Below are positions 50,531-62,767 of a DNA stretch of 64,000 nt, one piece after another. The DNA lies in assembly GCA_041906305.1 (NCBI GenBank), contig JAYRJL010000007.1:196042-260041 (forward strand). The letters are read 5' to 3'. This stretch comes from Alphaproteobacteria bacterium (GTDB taxonomy: Bacteria > Pseudomonadota > Alphaproteobacteria > SHVZ01). The position numbers and the translations under genes were made by a program. The notes under the pieces are model-generated. The model had not been told where the DNA came from and did no database searches. It saw nothing but the letters and a program-made list of their open reading frames with translations. How positions within the stretch are numbered: the stretch's first letter is position 1; each line of letters opens with the position of its first letter.

Positions 50531-52015
50531 ATGGCGATGACCCGCCTTCGTCCCGTCCTGCTCGACGCGCTCGTCCTCGACCGAACGGACCCGCAAGGTC
50601 TCGCGCGGCAGGTCCATGCGGCGCTGCGCGCGATGGTGCTGGACGGCGTGCTGCCGGCGGGCGCCCGTTTGCCATCGAGCCGGGCGCTGGCCGATGCCTG
50701 GGGCATCGCCCGAAATACGGTCGTCGGTGCGCTCGACCGCTTGATCGCGGAAGGGTTGCTGCTCAGCCGTCAGGGCTCCGGCACCTTCGTCGCCGAGGTC
50801 GTCGGGGCGCGAGTGGTCCGGCGCCCGGGGGCGAAAGCGGCTTCGGGGGGATTGTCCGCGCGCGGCCGTGCGGCGCTCGCCGACGCGATGCTGCAGAGCC
50901 AGTACGGGGACCGGCCGCTGGCACCGGACGTGCCCGCGCTCGACCGCTTCCCGATGGATCTCTGGCATCGCTCGGTCCTGAGGAGCGCACGCCGCCAGCG
51001 GACCGCCCTGCTGCAGAGCATCGACCGGCGCGGCTTCGGCCCCCTGCGCCAGGCGATCGCGTCGCATGTGGGCCCGGCGCGGGGCGTCATCTGCGCGCCG
51101 GAGCAGATCGTGATCCTCTCGAGCACCCGCCAGGCGATCCAGCTCGCGGTGACGCTGCTGACCGAGCCCGGTGACGCCGCGGCCGTCGAGGAGCCGGGAT
51201 ATCTCGGCGCGCGCCAGATCCTGGGCTCGGGAGGTCTCGAGCTCGCGACGATGCGGGTCGACAGCGGGGGCGCGGATCCGGAAGAGCTGTCGGGTGTGCG
51301 CCTGATCTATCTCACGCCGTCGCACCAATACCCGCTCGGCGTCACGATGAGCCTGAAGCGGCGGATGGCGGCGCTCGGCGTCGCCGATCGTCTGGGCGCC
51401 TGGATCATCGAGGACGACTACGACGGCGAGTTCCAGAACCGCGGCCACCCGGCGCCGTCGCTGCACGGGCTCTCGGGCGGCGGCCGGGTCATCTATGTCG
51501 GCACCTTCTCGAAGGCGATGTTCCCGGCGATCCGGCTCGCCTACCTGGTGGCGCCGCCCGATCTGGTCGATGCCTTCGCCGCGGTCCGCGTCCGACTCGA
51601 CGGCGCGACGCAGCTCCACGGCCAGGCAGCGCTCGCCGACTTCATGGAGTCGGGTGCCTTCGCCGGCCACATCCGGCGCATGCGGGGGCTTTATGCCGAG
51701 CGCGAGGAGGCGCTCCTCGACCGTCTGCGCCGGCGCCTCGACGGTGCGCTCGACCTGCCGGCGCCGGGCGGCGGGCTGCAACTCGCTGCGGCATTCCGGA
51801 AGCGGATCGACGATCAGGCGGTGGTCCGCACGCTCGATCCCAGGCTCGCCGCGCCGATGCCGCTCTCTCGCTACTACCTGAAGGAGCCCGATCCCGGCCT
51901 CCTGATGGGCTTCGCCGCTTCGACCGAGCCGGTGATCGCGCGCGCGGTCGACCATCTGGCGCAGGCGATCGAAAGTGGCCCTAAGCGAAAGCGGCGGACT
52001 GGCTCTTCCGCCTGA
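50531..52015 (+). CDS. MocR/GabR-type PLP-dependent transcriptional regulator (GntR HTH + aminotransferase fold)
   Basis: 494 aa. N-terminal HTH LPSSRALADAWGIARNTVVGALDRLIAEGLL. Aminotransferase-like domain with the PLP-lysine context YVGTFSKAMFPAIRLAY. Confidence 0.88.
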   Translation: MAMTRLRPVLLDALVLDRTDPQGLARQVHAALRAMVLDGVLPAGARLPSSRALADAWGIARNTVVGALDRLIAEGLLLSRQGSGTFVAEVVGARVVRRPGAKAASGGLSARGRAALADAMLQSQYGDRPLAPDVPALDRFPMDLWHRSVLRSARRQRTALLQSIDRRGFGPLRQAIASHVGPARGVICAPEQIVILSSTRQAIQLAVTLLTEPGDAAAVEEPGYLGARQILGSGGLELATMRVDSGGADPEELSGVRLIYLTPSHQYPLGVTMSLKRRMAALGVADRLGAWIIEDDYDGEFQNRGHPAPSLHGLSGGGRVIYVGTFSKAMFPAIRLAYLVAPPDLVDAFAAVRVRLDGATQLHGQAALADFMESGAFAGHIRRMRGLYAEREEALLDRLRRRLDGALDLPAPGGGLQLAAAFRKRIDDQAVVRTLDPRLAAPMPLSRYYLKEPDPGLLMGFAASTEPVIARAVDHLAQAIESGPKRKRRTGSSA

Positions 52016-52065
52016 ACCACTTTCCGGGCGACCTTCGGTCCAGAATTGCCCCCAAGGACCGTCCG

Positions 52066-52725
52066 ATGACCGATACCGTCGACTTCCCGCCGACCAAGAA
52101 GACCAAGGTAAAGCGGCTGCCCGCTCGCGGACACTACGACCGCGCGACCGTGCACGCGATCCTCGACGCCGGCGTGATCGCGCATGTCGGCTACGTGATC
52201 GACGGGCACCCTTACGTGACACCGACCTCGTTCTGGCGCCACGAGGACCGCGTCTACTGGCACGGCTCGTCGGCGAGCCGGATGCTGGAGACGATCGAGG
52301 GCGGCTCACCGGTGTGCCTGACCGTCAGCCATCTCGACGGCTTCGTGATGGCGCGCTCGGGCTTCCACCACTCGGTCAACTACCGCGCGGTGATGGCCTT
52401 CGGCATGGCCCACAAGGTCACCGACGAGGCCGAGAAGCTGCAGTCGCTGAAGGACTTCTCCGACCGCCTGTTCCCGGGACGCTGGGAGACGCTGCGCCCG
52501 GTGAACAAGCAGGAGATGAAGGCGACGATGGTCCTGAAGATAGATCTTCAGGAATGCTCGGCCAAGGTCCGCACCGGGCCGCCGGTCGACGACGACGAGG
52601 ACTACGCGCTGCCGATCTGGGCGGGCGTGCTGCCGGTACGCATGGTCACCGGCGAGCCGATCGACGACGCGCGCAACCTTCCGGGCGTGAAGCGGCCCGA
52701 TCACCTGAACCCGAAGATCTGGTGA
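52066..52725 (+). CDS. pyridoxamine 5'-phosphate oxidase family (FMN-binding split-barrel) protein
   Basis: 219 aa. KVKRLPARGHYDRATVHAILDAGVIAHVGYV...YWHGSSASRM is typical of the COG3467/NimA-like split-barrel family. Confidence 0.8.
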   Translation: MTDTVDFPPTKKTKVKRLPARGHYDRATVHAILDAGVIAHVGYVIDGHPYVTPTSFWRHEDRVYWHGSSASRMLETIEGGSPVCLTVSHLDGFVMARSGFHHSVNYRAVMAFGMAHKVTDEAEKLQSLKDFSDRLFPGRWETLRPVNKQEMKATMVLKIDLQECSAKVRTGPPVDDDEDYALPIWAGVLPVRMVTGEPIDDARNLPGVKRPDHLNPKIW

Positions 52726-52747
52726 CAAAGACGCTCGCTACGCCCGG

Positions 52748-52850
52748 CCCCCACCCTAACCCTCCCCCGTCGGCTACGCCGCCGAGGGAGGGGACTCGAT
52801 TTCGTGCCCCCCTCCCTCGTGCGAAGCGCGGGGGAGGGACGGGGTGGGGG
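52748..52850. repeat. REP-like palindromic intergenic repeat, copy 2 (CCCCCACCCTAACCCTCCCCC ... GGGGAGGGACGGGGTGGGGG)
   Basis: Same terminal motifs as copy 1, with two internal CCCTCCC/GGGAGGG hairpins. Sits between the PNPOx-like and MFS genes. Confidence 0.7.
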
Positions 52851-52930
52851 CCCGTCGCGTCGGCGACGGTTGAAGCACTCGATGTCCGCTGTATGTTGAC
52901 CTTGATCCACTCCCTCCCTGGGATCGCACG

Positions 52931-54148
52931 ATGAACACCCGCTCCGCCGGCCTGTCGCTGGGCTTCTCCTATGCCGGGCACATCTACTCGCACCTGCTGA
53001 CGCTGCTGTTCCCGACGCTGGTCCTCTCGATCGGGCCGGAGTGGGGGATGGGGTACGAGCAGCTGCTGCCGCTGGCGCTCGCCTCGTCCATCCTGTTCGG
53101 CGCCGCGGCGCTGCCGGCCGGATGGCTCGGCGACCGCTGGAGCGCCTCGGGCATGATGGTGATCTTCTTCCTCGGCACCGGCGCGTCCACGATCCTGACC
53201 GGCTTCGCCCGCACGCCGCTCGAGCTCGCGATCGGCATGGCCGGCACCGGCCTCTTCGCCTCGATCTATCACCCGGTCGGCATCGCCTGGCTGGTGCGCA
53301 ACGCCAAGAACCGGGGCAAGGCGCTCGGCATCAACGGCATTTATGGCTCGATCGGCGTCGCCGCCGGCCCGCTGGCCGCGGGCATTCTCGCGGACGCGAT
53401 CTCGTGGCGCATGGCCTTCATCCTACCGGGCATCGCCTGCGTCGCGACCGGCATCGCGATGGCGCTGCTGGTGCGCGGTGGCTCGATGATGGAGACCAAG
53501 GTCGACGCCAAGGCCGAGGCGCCGGCGACCCGCGACGACATCGTCCGTGCCTTCATCGTGCTGTCGGTGACGATGGTGTTCTCGGGGCTCATCTACCAGT
53601 GCCTGTCGCTGGCGATGCCGAAGGTGTTCTCGGAGCGTGCGCACGAAGTGCTGGGCACCGGCTCGACCGGCGTTGGCGCGGCGGTCGCCGCGATCTATCT
53701 CGGTGCGGGCTTCTGCCAGTACATCGGCGGCTACCTCGCCGACCGCTACTCGAACAAGTCGATCTACCTGCTGACCTTCCTTCTGCAGGTGCCGGTCTCG
53801 GTGCTCCTCGCCGCGGCTACCGGCATTCCGACGATCGCCCTCGCGCTCTCGCTGGCGATCATGCAGACGCTGAACGGCCCGTCGGAGTCGATCCTGCTGG
53901 CCAAGTACACGCCGGCCAAGTGGCGGGCGACCGCCTTCGGCGCCAAGTTCGTGCTGTCGATCGGCGTCAGCGCCGCCGGCGTGCCGCTGATCGCCTGGAT
54001 CTACGGATCGACCGGCGGCTTCGCCTGGCTGTTCTTCGTGATGGCGGCGATGGCGGCGGCGGCGGCGGTCGCATGCCTGTCGCTGCCCGGCGGCCGCGAC
54101 GCGACGCCGGTCCCGGTCGCTGAGAAGGCGACCGCTGCGGCAGACTGA
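52931..54148 (+). CDS. MFS transporter
   Basis: 405 aa, about 12 hydrophobic segments. MFS loop motif GWLGDRWSASG and a central hydrophilic loop. Confidence 0.88.
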   Translation: MNTRSAGLSLGFSYAGHIYSHLLTLLFPTLVLSIGPEWGMGYEQLLPLALASSILFGAAALPAGWLGDRWSASGMMVIFFLGTGASTILTGFARTPLELAIGMAGTGLFASIYHPVGIAWLVRNAKNRGKALGINGIYGSIGVAAGPLAAGILADAISWRMAFILPGIACVATGIAMALLVRGGSMMETKVDAKAEAPATRDDIVRAFIVLSVTMVFSGLIYQCLSLAMPKVFSERAHEVLGTGSTGVGAAVAAIYLGAGFCQYIGGYLADRYSNKSIYLLTFLLQVPVSVLLAAATGIPTIALALSLAIMQTLNGPSESILLAKYTPAKWRATAFGAKFVLSIGVSAAGVPLIAWIYGSTGGFAWLFFVMAAMAAAAAVACLSLPGGRDATPVPVAEKATAAAD

Positions 54149-54155
54149 AACGAGA

Positions 54156-54182
54156 AACGGCGGGGAAGGGCCCCGCCGTTTT
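54156..54182. terminator. bidirectional terminator between the MFS and ppiD-like genes
   Basis: 10-bp stem AACGGCGGGG / CCCCGCCGTT with a 5-nt loop. T-runs on both strands (TTTTCG plus strand; TTTCTCGTTTC minus strand). Confidence 0.8.
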
Positions 54183-54184
54183 CG

Positions 54185-56068
54185 TCAGTACATCTTCTGG
54201 ATCTGCTGCTGGTCGATCTTGACCGGGTAGCGCTGGCGCAGCCCCTGGCCGAAAGACTGGCTCAGGTCCTGCGCGACCTGGCCGCGGAGACGCTGGCCGA
54301 GCTCGGTCACTTCCTTCTCGGCCGCTGCCGCATCGGCCGGCACGATCTCCTTCACCTTGACCACGACCTCGGCGTCCGGGGCCGAGGCGCGCGCGCTCTC
54401 GCCCGGCTTGTTGGCGAAGATCGCCGCCGCCACCTGCGGCGCCACGTTCTCGCCGCGGCCGCCGCGTGAGACCGGGCCGACCGTGTCGACGGTGAGGCCG
54501 TTCTCGGCCGCGACCTTGGCGAGGTCGCCGTTGGCGGCCTTGACCTTGGCGAAGACGTCGTCGGCCTTCACCTTGGCGGCGGCGGCGCGCTTCTCGGCGA
54601 GCCAGGCCTGGGTCACCTCGTCCTTCACCTGATCGATCGGCTTGAGCGTCGCCGGCGTCACGGCTTCGGTGCGGAGCACGAAGAAGTCGCCGCGATCGGT
54701 CTCGACGAGGCCGCTCGCCTTGGCGGCTTCGGTCGAGAACAGCGTATTGAGCAGCTGCGCGCGATCGGTCGCTGGCAGCTCGACCGGCTTGCCGTCGGGC
54801 CCGAGGCCGTTGCGGTCGATCGGGCCGATCTCGATGACCTTGAGGTTCAGCTTCTTCGCCGCCTCGTCGAAGGTGCCGCCGCCGACGATCTCGTCCTCGA
54901 GCTTGACCGAGAGTCGCGCGATCTGGTCGGAGGCGTGCTCCTTGGCGATCACGGCCTTCAGCTCGTCGCGCACCTCGTCGATCGTGCGGACCGTGGCGGG
55001 CTCCACCTTCTCGACCTTGAACACGTGCCAGCCGAGCGAGCTCTTGATCGGCTGGGTGACGCCGCCCTCGGGGGCCGCGAACACCGCGTCGCCGAGCTCG
55101 GCCGGAAGATCGGCCTTGGCGACGGATCCGAGCTTGATCGCCTCGGCGTCGAGCTTGGCGATGTCCTTGGCCGCGGTCGCGAAGTCGCCCGACTTCGCCG
55201 CCTCGACCAGCTTCTTCGCGTCGTCTTCCTCGCTCACCAGCGCCTGCAGGAGCTCGCGCTTCTCAGGTGTCTGGTAGTCGCTGGCGTTTCGGTCGTACTC
55301 GTCCTTGATCTGCGCTTCCTCGACTGGGATCGTCGCCGCGAGCTCCTCGACCGCGAGCCGGAGCATCTGCGCTTTGCGATACTCGGGCGCGGTGAACTGC
55401 GGGGCATGGTCCTTGTGGAAGGTCGCGAGCTCTTCCGCCGTGGGGTCGGGGATCGCGGTCATCGCATCGTGGCGGATCTGCACGGCCTCTGCCGTGCGCC
55501 GCTCGCTCCGATAGCGCTCGAGCGCCATGACCAGCGACTTCGGCGGTACCGCGCCCGCCTCGATCGCGCCGGAGACGAGCTGGCGGTCGATGTCGCGGCG
55601 GATCGTCTTGACGTAGTCCTGCTCGCTCATGCCGGCGTTGCGGAGCGCCATCTGGAAGGTGCCGGGGGTGAACACGCCGGTCGAATCCTTGAACGCAGGC
55701 TCGCGGCGGATCTGCTGGCGGATGACCTCCGGCCCGACCTCGATGCCGAGGCGCTGCGCCTCCTGGTCGAAGAGGCTGTTGTCGACCAGCCGCTCGACCG
55801 TCTGGTCGAGGAGGCCGAACTGGGCCGCCTGCTCGGAGGTGAAACGCTGGCCGAAGCGCTGGCGGAGCTGCGCCACTTGGGCCTGGAAGGCGCGGCCGAT
55901 CTCGGCGGCGTTGATCTCCTGCGATCCCGCGACCACCGCCGGGCGGTCGGGATTGGAGATCGCGCGGACCACGTCGCCGATGCCCCAGATGGCGAAGGAG
56001 CCGACCAGGACCGCGAACAGGATCTTGATGAAGTAAGAGCCGAGCCGGGAGCGGAGCGCCTGAAGCAT
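54185..56068 (-). CDS. PpiD-like periplasmic chaperone / peptidylprolyl isomerase (SurA N-terminal domain)
   Basis: 627 aa. N-terminal membrane anchor YFIKILFAVLVGSFAIWG, long helical chaperone regions and a central parvulin-like block SSLGWHVFKVEKV. Confidence 0.88.
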   Translation of the reverse strand: MLQALRSRLGSYFIKILFAVLVGSFAIWGIGDVVRAISNPDRPAVVAGSQEINAAEIGRAFQAQVAQLRQRFGQRFTSEQAAQFGLLDQTVERLVDNSLFDQEAQRLGIEVGPEVIRQQIRREPAFKDSTGVFTPGTFQMALRNAGMSEQDYVKTIRRDIDRQLVSGAIEAGAVPPKSLVMALERYRSERRTAEAVQIRHDAMTAIPDPTAEELATFHKDHAPQFTAPEYRKAQMLRLAVEELAATIPVEEAQIKDEYDRNASDYQTPEKRELLQALVSEEDDAKKLVEAAKSGDFATAAKDIAKLDAEAIKLGSVAKADLPAELGDAVFAAPEGGVTQPIKSSLGWHVFKVEKVEPATVRTIDEVRDELKAVIAKEHASDQIARLSVKLEDEIVGGGTFDEAAKKLNLKVIEIGPIDRNGLGPDGKPVELPATDRAQLLNTLFSTEAAKASGLVETDRGDFFVLRTEAVTPATLKPIDQVKDEVTQAWLAEKRAAAAKVKADDVFAKVKAANGDLAKVAAENGLTVDTVGPVSRGGRGENVAPQVAAAIFANKPGESARASAPDAEVVVKVKEIVPADAAAAEKEVTELGQRLRGQVAQDLSQSFGQGLRQRYPVKIDQQQIQKMY

Positions 56069-56317
56069 GAGCCTTTGACCATGACGGAAAAACGAAAACG
56101 CCGGGCGCTCGACTGAGCCCCGGCCCCTGGAGGGATATTCTAGGCGGCGGCAAGGCCAGGGGAAACGGGAAATCGGCTCCGGGTTCCAGGTGCGGACTTG
56201 CTTAAAGGTCTATTGTATTGATTTTAATGAAAATACGATGAATATCGCCCCAGGCTCGACCGCATCCGGGGCACATGCTAGGGAGCCAGGAAAAATAACG
56301 CCCTGTGGAGGAGCCTC

Positions 56318-57058
56318 GTGCCCCTGATCGTCGGCAACTGGAAGATGAACGGCCTCAGGGCCGACGGCACGCTGCTGGCGGCCGGGATCGCGGCCAAGGC
56401 CAAGGGCAACCTGCCGAAGGGACGGGAGGTCGTGGTCTGCCCGCCGTTCACGATCCTCGAGCGCGTCCAGTCGAAGCTGACCGGGTCCGGCGTGGGCCTG
56501 GGCGCCCAGGACTGCGCCGCCAAGGAATCCGGGGCCTTCACCGGCGACATCTCGCCGGGAATGATCAAGGAAGCCGGCGCCACGTGGGTGATCCTCGGGC
56601 ATTCGGAGCGCCGGGCCGGCCATGCCGAGACCGACGAGCGCGTCCGCGCCAAGGTAGAGGCGGCCGAGGCAGCAGGGCTCACGACCATCGTCTGTGTCGG
56701 CGAGACGCTGGAAGAGCATGACGGCGGCAAGGCCAAGGACGTGGTCGCCAGGCAGCTCCAGGGCTCGATTCCGGACAAGCGCCCGGCCCGCTTGGTCGTG
56801 GCCTACGAGCCGGTCTGGGCCATCGGCTCCGGTCGCACGGCCAAGGCCGAGGTGATCGGCGCCATGCACCGCCATATCATCGTCCAGCTGCAGCGGCGCT
56901 TCGGGAAGCTCGACGGGGTCTCGATCCTCTATGGCGGCTCGGTCAAGGCCGACAACGCCCGGGAGATCCTGAACATCGACGGCGTCGACGGGGCGCTGGT
57001 CGGCGGCGCCAGCCTCAAGGTCGACGAGTTCTGGGCGATCTGCTCGGCGCGGACCTGA
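56318..57058 (+). CDS. tpiA: triose-phosphate isomerase
   Basis: 246 aa, GTG start with GGAGGA 5 nt upstream. Blocks VGNWKMNG, ILGHSERR, AYEPVWAIGSG and YGGSVK. Confidence 0.95.
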   Translation: MPLIVGNWKMNGLRADGTLLAAGIAAKAKGNLPKGREVVVCPPFTILERVQSKLTGSGVGLGAQDCAAKESGAFTGDISPGMIKEAGATWVILGHSERRAGHAETDERVRAKVEAAEAAGLTTIVCVGETLEEHDGGKAKDVVARQLQGSIPDKRPARLVVAYEPVWAIGSGRTAKAEVIGAMHRHIIVQLQRRFGKLDGVSILYGGSVKADNAREILNIDGVDGALVGGASLKVDEFWAICSART

Positions 57059-57060
57059 AA

Positions 57061-57080
57061 CCTCTCCCGGCGGGGGAGGG
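57061..57080. repeat. short CCTCTCCC / GGGGAGGG hairpin just after the tpiA stop
   Basis: CCTCTCCCggcgGGGGAGGG. Same core motif as the REP-like elements; may act as a weak terminator or stabiliser. Confidence 0.45.
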
Positions 57081-57164
57081 ACAATCCCATATGACGACAA
57101 TCCGCCGCTGGCGTCGGCCGCGGTTCGGCGCTAAAACCCGCCGTCCTGAAAGGTCCGGAACCCG

Positions 57165-60004
<2,840 letters not shown>

Positions 60005-60008
<4 letters not shown>

Positions 60009-60619
60009 ACGTCCGCGACATGCTGAAATCGGCGCGGGTCATCCCGGTGATGACGGTCACCGATGTGGCCCAGAGCCTCGATGTCGCCAAGGCGCTGGTC
60101 GAGGGCGGGCTTTCGATGCTCGAGGTCACGCTCCGCACCAAGGACGCGCTGAAGGCGGTCGAGGCGATCGCGAAGGCGCTGCCCAAGGCTGTCGTCGGCG
60201 TCGGCACTTTGACGAAGCCGGAAGAGTTCAAGGCCTCGCGCGATGCCGGGGCGGTCTTCGCCGTCAGTCCCGGCCTTACCGAACGCCTCGCCGAGGCCGG
60301 CAAGGGGAGCGGACTCGCCTACCTCCCGAGCGCGATCACCCCGTCGGAAGTGATGCAGGCGCGCGAATGGGGCTACACGACGTTGAAGTTCTTCCCCTGT
60401 AAGGCGGCGGGCGGCATCGGCGCGCTCAAGAACTTCGAGCCGGTCTTCGCCGACGTCGCCTTCTGCCCGACCGGCGGGCTCACCATGGACGACTTCCGCG
60501 ACTACCTCGCGCTCTCCAACGTCGTCGCCGCCGGCGGCACCTGGATGATGCCCGCGGCTCTGGTGAAGTCCGGCGACTGGGCCGGCATCACCAAGCTCGC
60601 CAAGCAAGCGACGTCCTAG
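60005..60619 (+). CDS. eda: KDPG/KHG aldolase family (Eda-like)
   Basis: 204 aa, ATGA overlap with the kdsA stop. Blocks VIPVMTV, LEVTLRT, and the Schiff-base lysine context TLKFFPC. Confidence 0.85.
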
Positions 60620-60624
60620 CCTCG

Positions 60625-61449
60625 ATGACGCGCACGCTCGTCGTGCGCCTCGGCGCCCTTGGCGATGCGGTGCTGACCTTGCCGGCACTCGCTCATCTGA
60701 TCGCGCGCGGCGACGAGGTCACCGTGCTCGGCGTGCCCGCGAGCTGGGCCTTTCTTGCTTCCTCGGATCTGATCCGGATCGCCGACGCGGAATCCGCCGA
60801 ATGGCGGGCCTTGTTTTCCGGCGAGGCGGTAGCGGCGATTCATGGTTTCGATCGCGCGGTGGTCATGCTGGGGCGGCCCGAAGTCGCCGAGGCGACGTCA
60901 CGGGCCGGCATCCCCACCCAGCGGATATCGCCCGTGCGTCCCGGCCAGCGCGGCGTGCATGCGGCCGTGCGGCTGCTCTCCGGTGTCGGCGGCGCCGAGG
61001 CCGATGCCGACGCCGTGCATGCGCTGATCGCCCCGGACCCCGGCGGCGATGCGCATGATCTCGTTCTTCATCCGGGCAGCGGCGGCAAGGCGAAGCGTTG
61101 GCCGGCGGAGCGCTTCGCCGATCTCGCGCGCCGCGCCGAAGCGCCGCTGATTTTGCTGGGACCGGCGGAGGGCGACCTGGATTCCGCTTTCGATGGCCTG
61201 CCGGTCGCGCGCGACTGGCCTCTCCGCCGCGTGGTCGCGGCGCTGGCCGGCGCGCGCGCTTTCGTCGGCAACGATTCAGGCGTGAGCCACCTCGCGAGCT
61301 GGATCTGTCCGACGCTGGCGCTGTTCGGCCCGACGGATCCTGCCGTATGGGCGCCCGCAGGACCGATGGCCCATGTGATGGCTGCGCCCCGAGGCGATCT
61401 CTCGCGCCTCGCCGTCGACGAGGTCGCGAACGCGGTTCCTACGCGTTAG
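60625..61449 (+). CDS. glycosyltransferase family 9 (heptosyltransferase-like, compact 274 aa)
   Basis: N-terminal LVVRLGALGDAVLTLPAL and C-terminal GNDSGVSHLAS are GT9 hallmarks. Shorter than typical heptosyltransferases. Confidence 0.78.
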   Translation: MTRTLVVRLGALGDAVLTLPALAHLIARGDEVTVLGVPASWAFLASSDLIRIADAESAEWRALFSGEAVAAIHGFDRAVVMLGRPEVAEATSRAGIPTQRISPVRPGQRGVHAAVRLLSGVGGAEADADAVHALIAPDPGGDAHDLVLHPGSGGKAKRWPAERFADLARRAEAPLILLGPAEGDLDSAFDGLPVARDWPLRRVVAALAGARAFVGNDSGVSHLASWICPTLALFGPTDPAVWAPAGPMAHVMAAPRGDLSRLAVDEVANAVPTR

Positions 61450-62428
61450 GCAGCACCAGGATCTTTCCGTCCCTGCCGCCCTGCGCGGCGTGCCGAAGCG
61501 CGGTCGCGATCGCCGCCAGCGGATACGTCGCGAGGATCGGAACATGGAGGCGCCCATCCGCGACCAGCCGCGACAGCGCCATGTAGTCGCGCTGCACCAC
61601 CTCGGGCGTTCGCCGGGCGATCGACGCCGGCAGTGAATATCCGATCATGGAGATGTTGTGGAAGATGAGTTGCTGCGGGGTGATCTCGCATGGCTTTCCC
61701 GAGAGCACGCCGTAGACCGCGATCGGCGCATGGTCGGCGAGGCAGGCGGCGATCGCGCGCGTGATCGGACCGGCGACGGCGTCGAAACAGGCCTTCGGTC
61801 GCGCGGCGCCGGTGGCGGCCAGCACGCGTTCGGCCAGAGTGTCGTATGGCTCGTCCAGCAGCACCACGTCGCCGCCAGCGTTCTTTACAACCGCCATCGC
61901 GTCCGGCCGACGGACGATATTGGCGCTCTTCAAGCCGCGGTCGCGCGCGAGCGTCGCCAGCGAGACGCCGACGCCCGAGTTGGCCGCCGTCTGCAGCATC
62001 CAGCTTCCGGGCTCGCGCGGTCCGTGATCTTCCAGCATGTACCAGGCGGTGCCGGGGAGTCCGCGCAGCACCGAGAGCTGGTGCGGATCGGCCTTCGGAT
62101 CGACGGAGAGCAGCGACGATGCGGGAAGTGTGCGACGCTGAACCCAGCTCTCGCCCGCCGTCGGCACGACGATGTCGCCGGGCTTCACCGTGGCTACCGA
62201 TGACCCGACGCTGAGCACGCGCGCGACGGACTCGCTGCCCGGCTGCGCGGGAAATGTCGGGCGGAAGCGGTGCTTGCCTTCGATCCGAAGCAGGTCGGAC
62301 GGATTGATCGGGAAGGCGACAACTTCGACCAGAGCCTCGTCCGGGCCGGGCGGCGGCGGTTCGGCGATGTCCTCGATGCGGCAGACCTGGGCCGGGTCGC
62401 CGAACGCGCCATAGGCTATCCGCTTCAC
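61439..62428 (-). CDS. MDR-superfamily NAD(P)H quinone oxidoreductase / enoyl reductase-like
   Basis: 329 aa. Blocks AFPINPSD, TAANSGVGVS and GKILVLP. Its 3' end overlaps the convergent GT9 gene by 11 nt. Confidence 0.85.
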   Translation of the reverse strand: MKRIAYGAFGDPAQVCRIEDIAEPPPPGPDEALVEVVAFPINPSDLLRIEGKHRFRPTFPAQPGSESVARVLSVGSSVATVKPGDIVVPTAGESWVQRRTLPASSLLSVDPKADPHQLSVLRGLPGTAWYMLEDHGPREPGSWMLQTAANSGVGVSLATLARDRGLKSANIVRRPDAMAVVKNAGGDVVLLDEPYDTLAERVLAATGAARPKACFDAVAGPITRAIAACLADHAPIAVYGVLSGKPCEITPQQLIFHNISMIGYSLPASIARRTPEVVQRDYMALSRLVADGRLHVPILATYPLAAIATALRHAAQGGRDGKILVLPNA

Positions 62429-62500
62429 CGGAGCGCTCCATTTTGGTCACGCAACGCGTAGCACGGCACACACGTTCTGCCGACAGAGGAGATGCGTGCC

Positions 62501-62767
62501 ATGCTCGGACGATTGGTGATCCTGGCGGTCGCCGCGGCGATTGCTGCCGTCTTCCTGGTCTCCACCAACCAGCGCCTGCTGGTTTGGGAGACCAAGGTCA
62601 CGCCCGGCGACACCTACGTCGTGAAGGGTGCCGACATCGGTAAGTCGCAACAGCCGCAGCTGGTCTGCCGCTACTTCACCGGTGTCGATGTCGTCACGAA
62701 GGTGATGACGTATCAACCGTCGTTGGGCAGCGGCAGCTGCCCGTTCCTGGCGGAGAATGCCGTCTGA
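62501..62767 (+). CDS. small membrane-anchored hypothetical protein
   Basis: ATG 62501 is preferred (AGGAG 9 nt upstream); ATG 62492 abuts the SD. 88 aa: an N-terminal TM segment LGRLVILAVAAAIAAVFLV, then a soluble domain with 2 Cys. Confidence 0.6.
   Translation: MLGRLVILAVAAAIAAVFLVSTNQRLLVWETKVTPGDTYVVKGADIGKSQQPQLVCRYFTGVDVVTKVMTYQPSLGSGSCPFLAENAV

Noticed and set aside
50177-52309. 710-aa minus-strand ORF overlapping the MocR and PNPOx-like genes
   Set aside because: Only the last 98 codons (50177..50473) look like a real protein. The rest is Arg-rich shadow, antisense to the MocR regulator, whose HTH and PLP-lysine motifs are clear.
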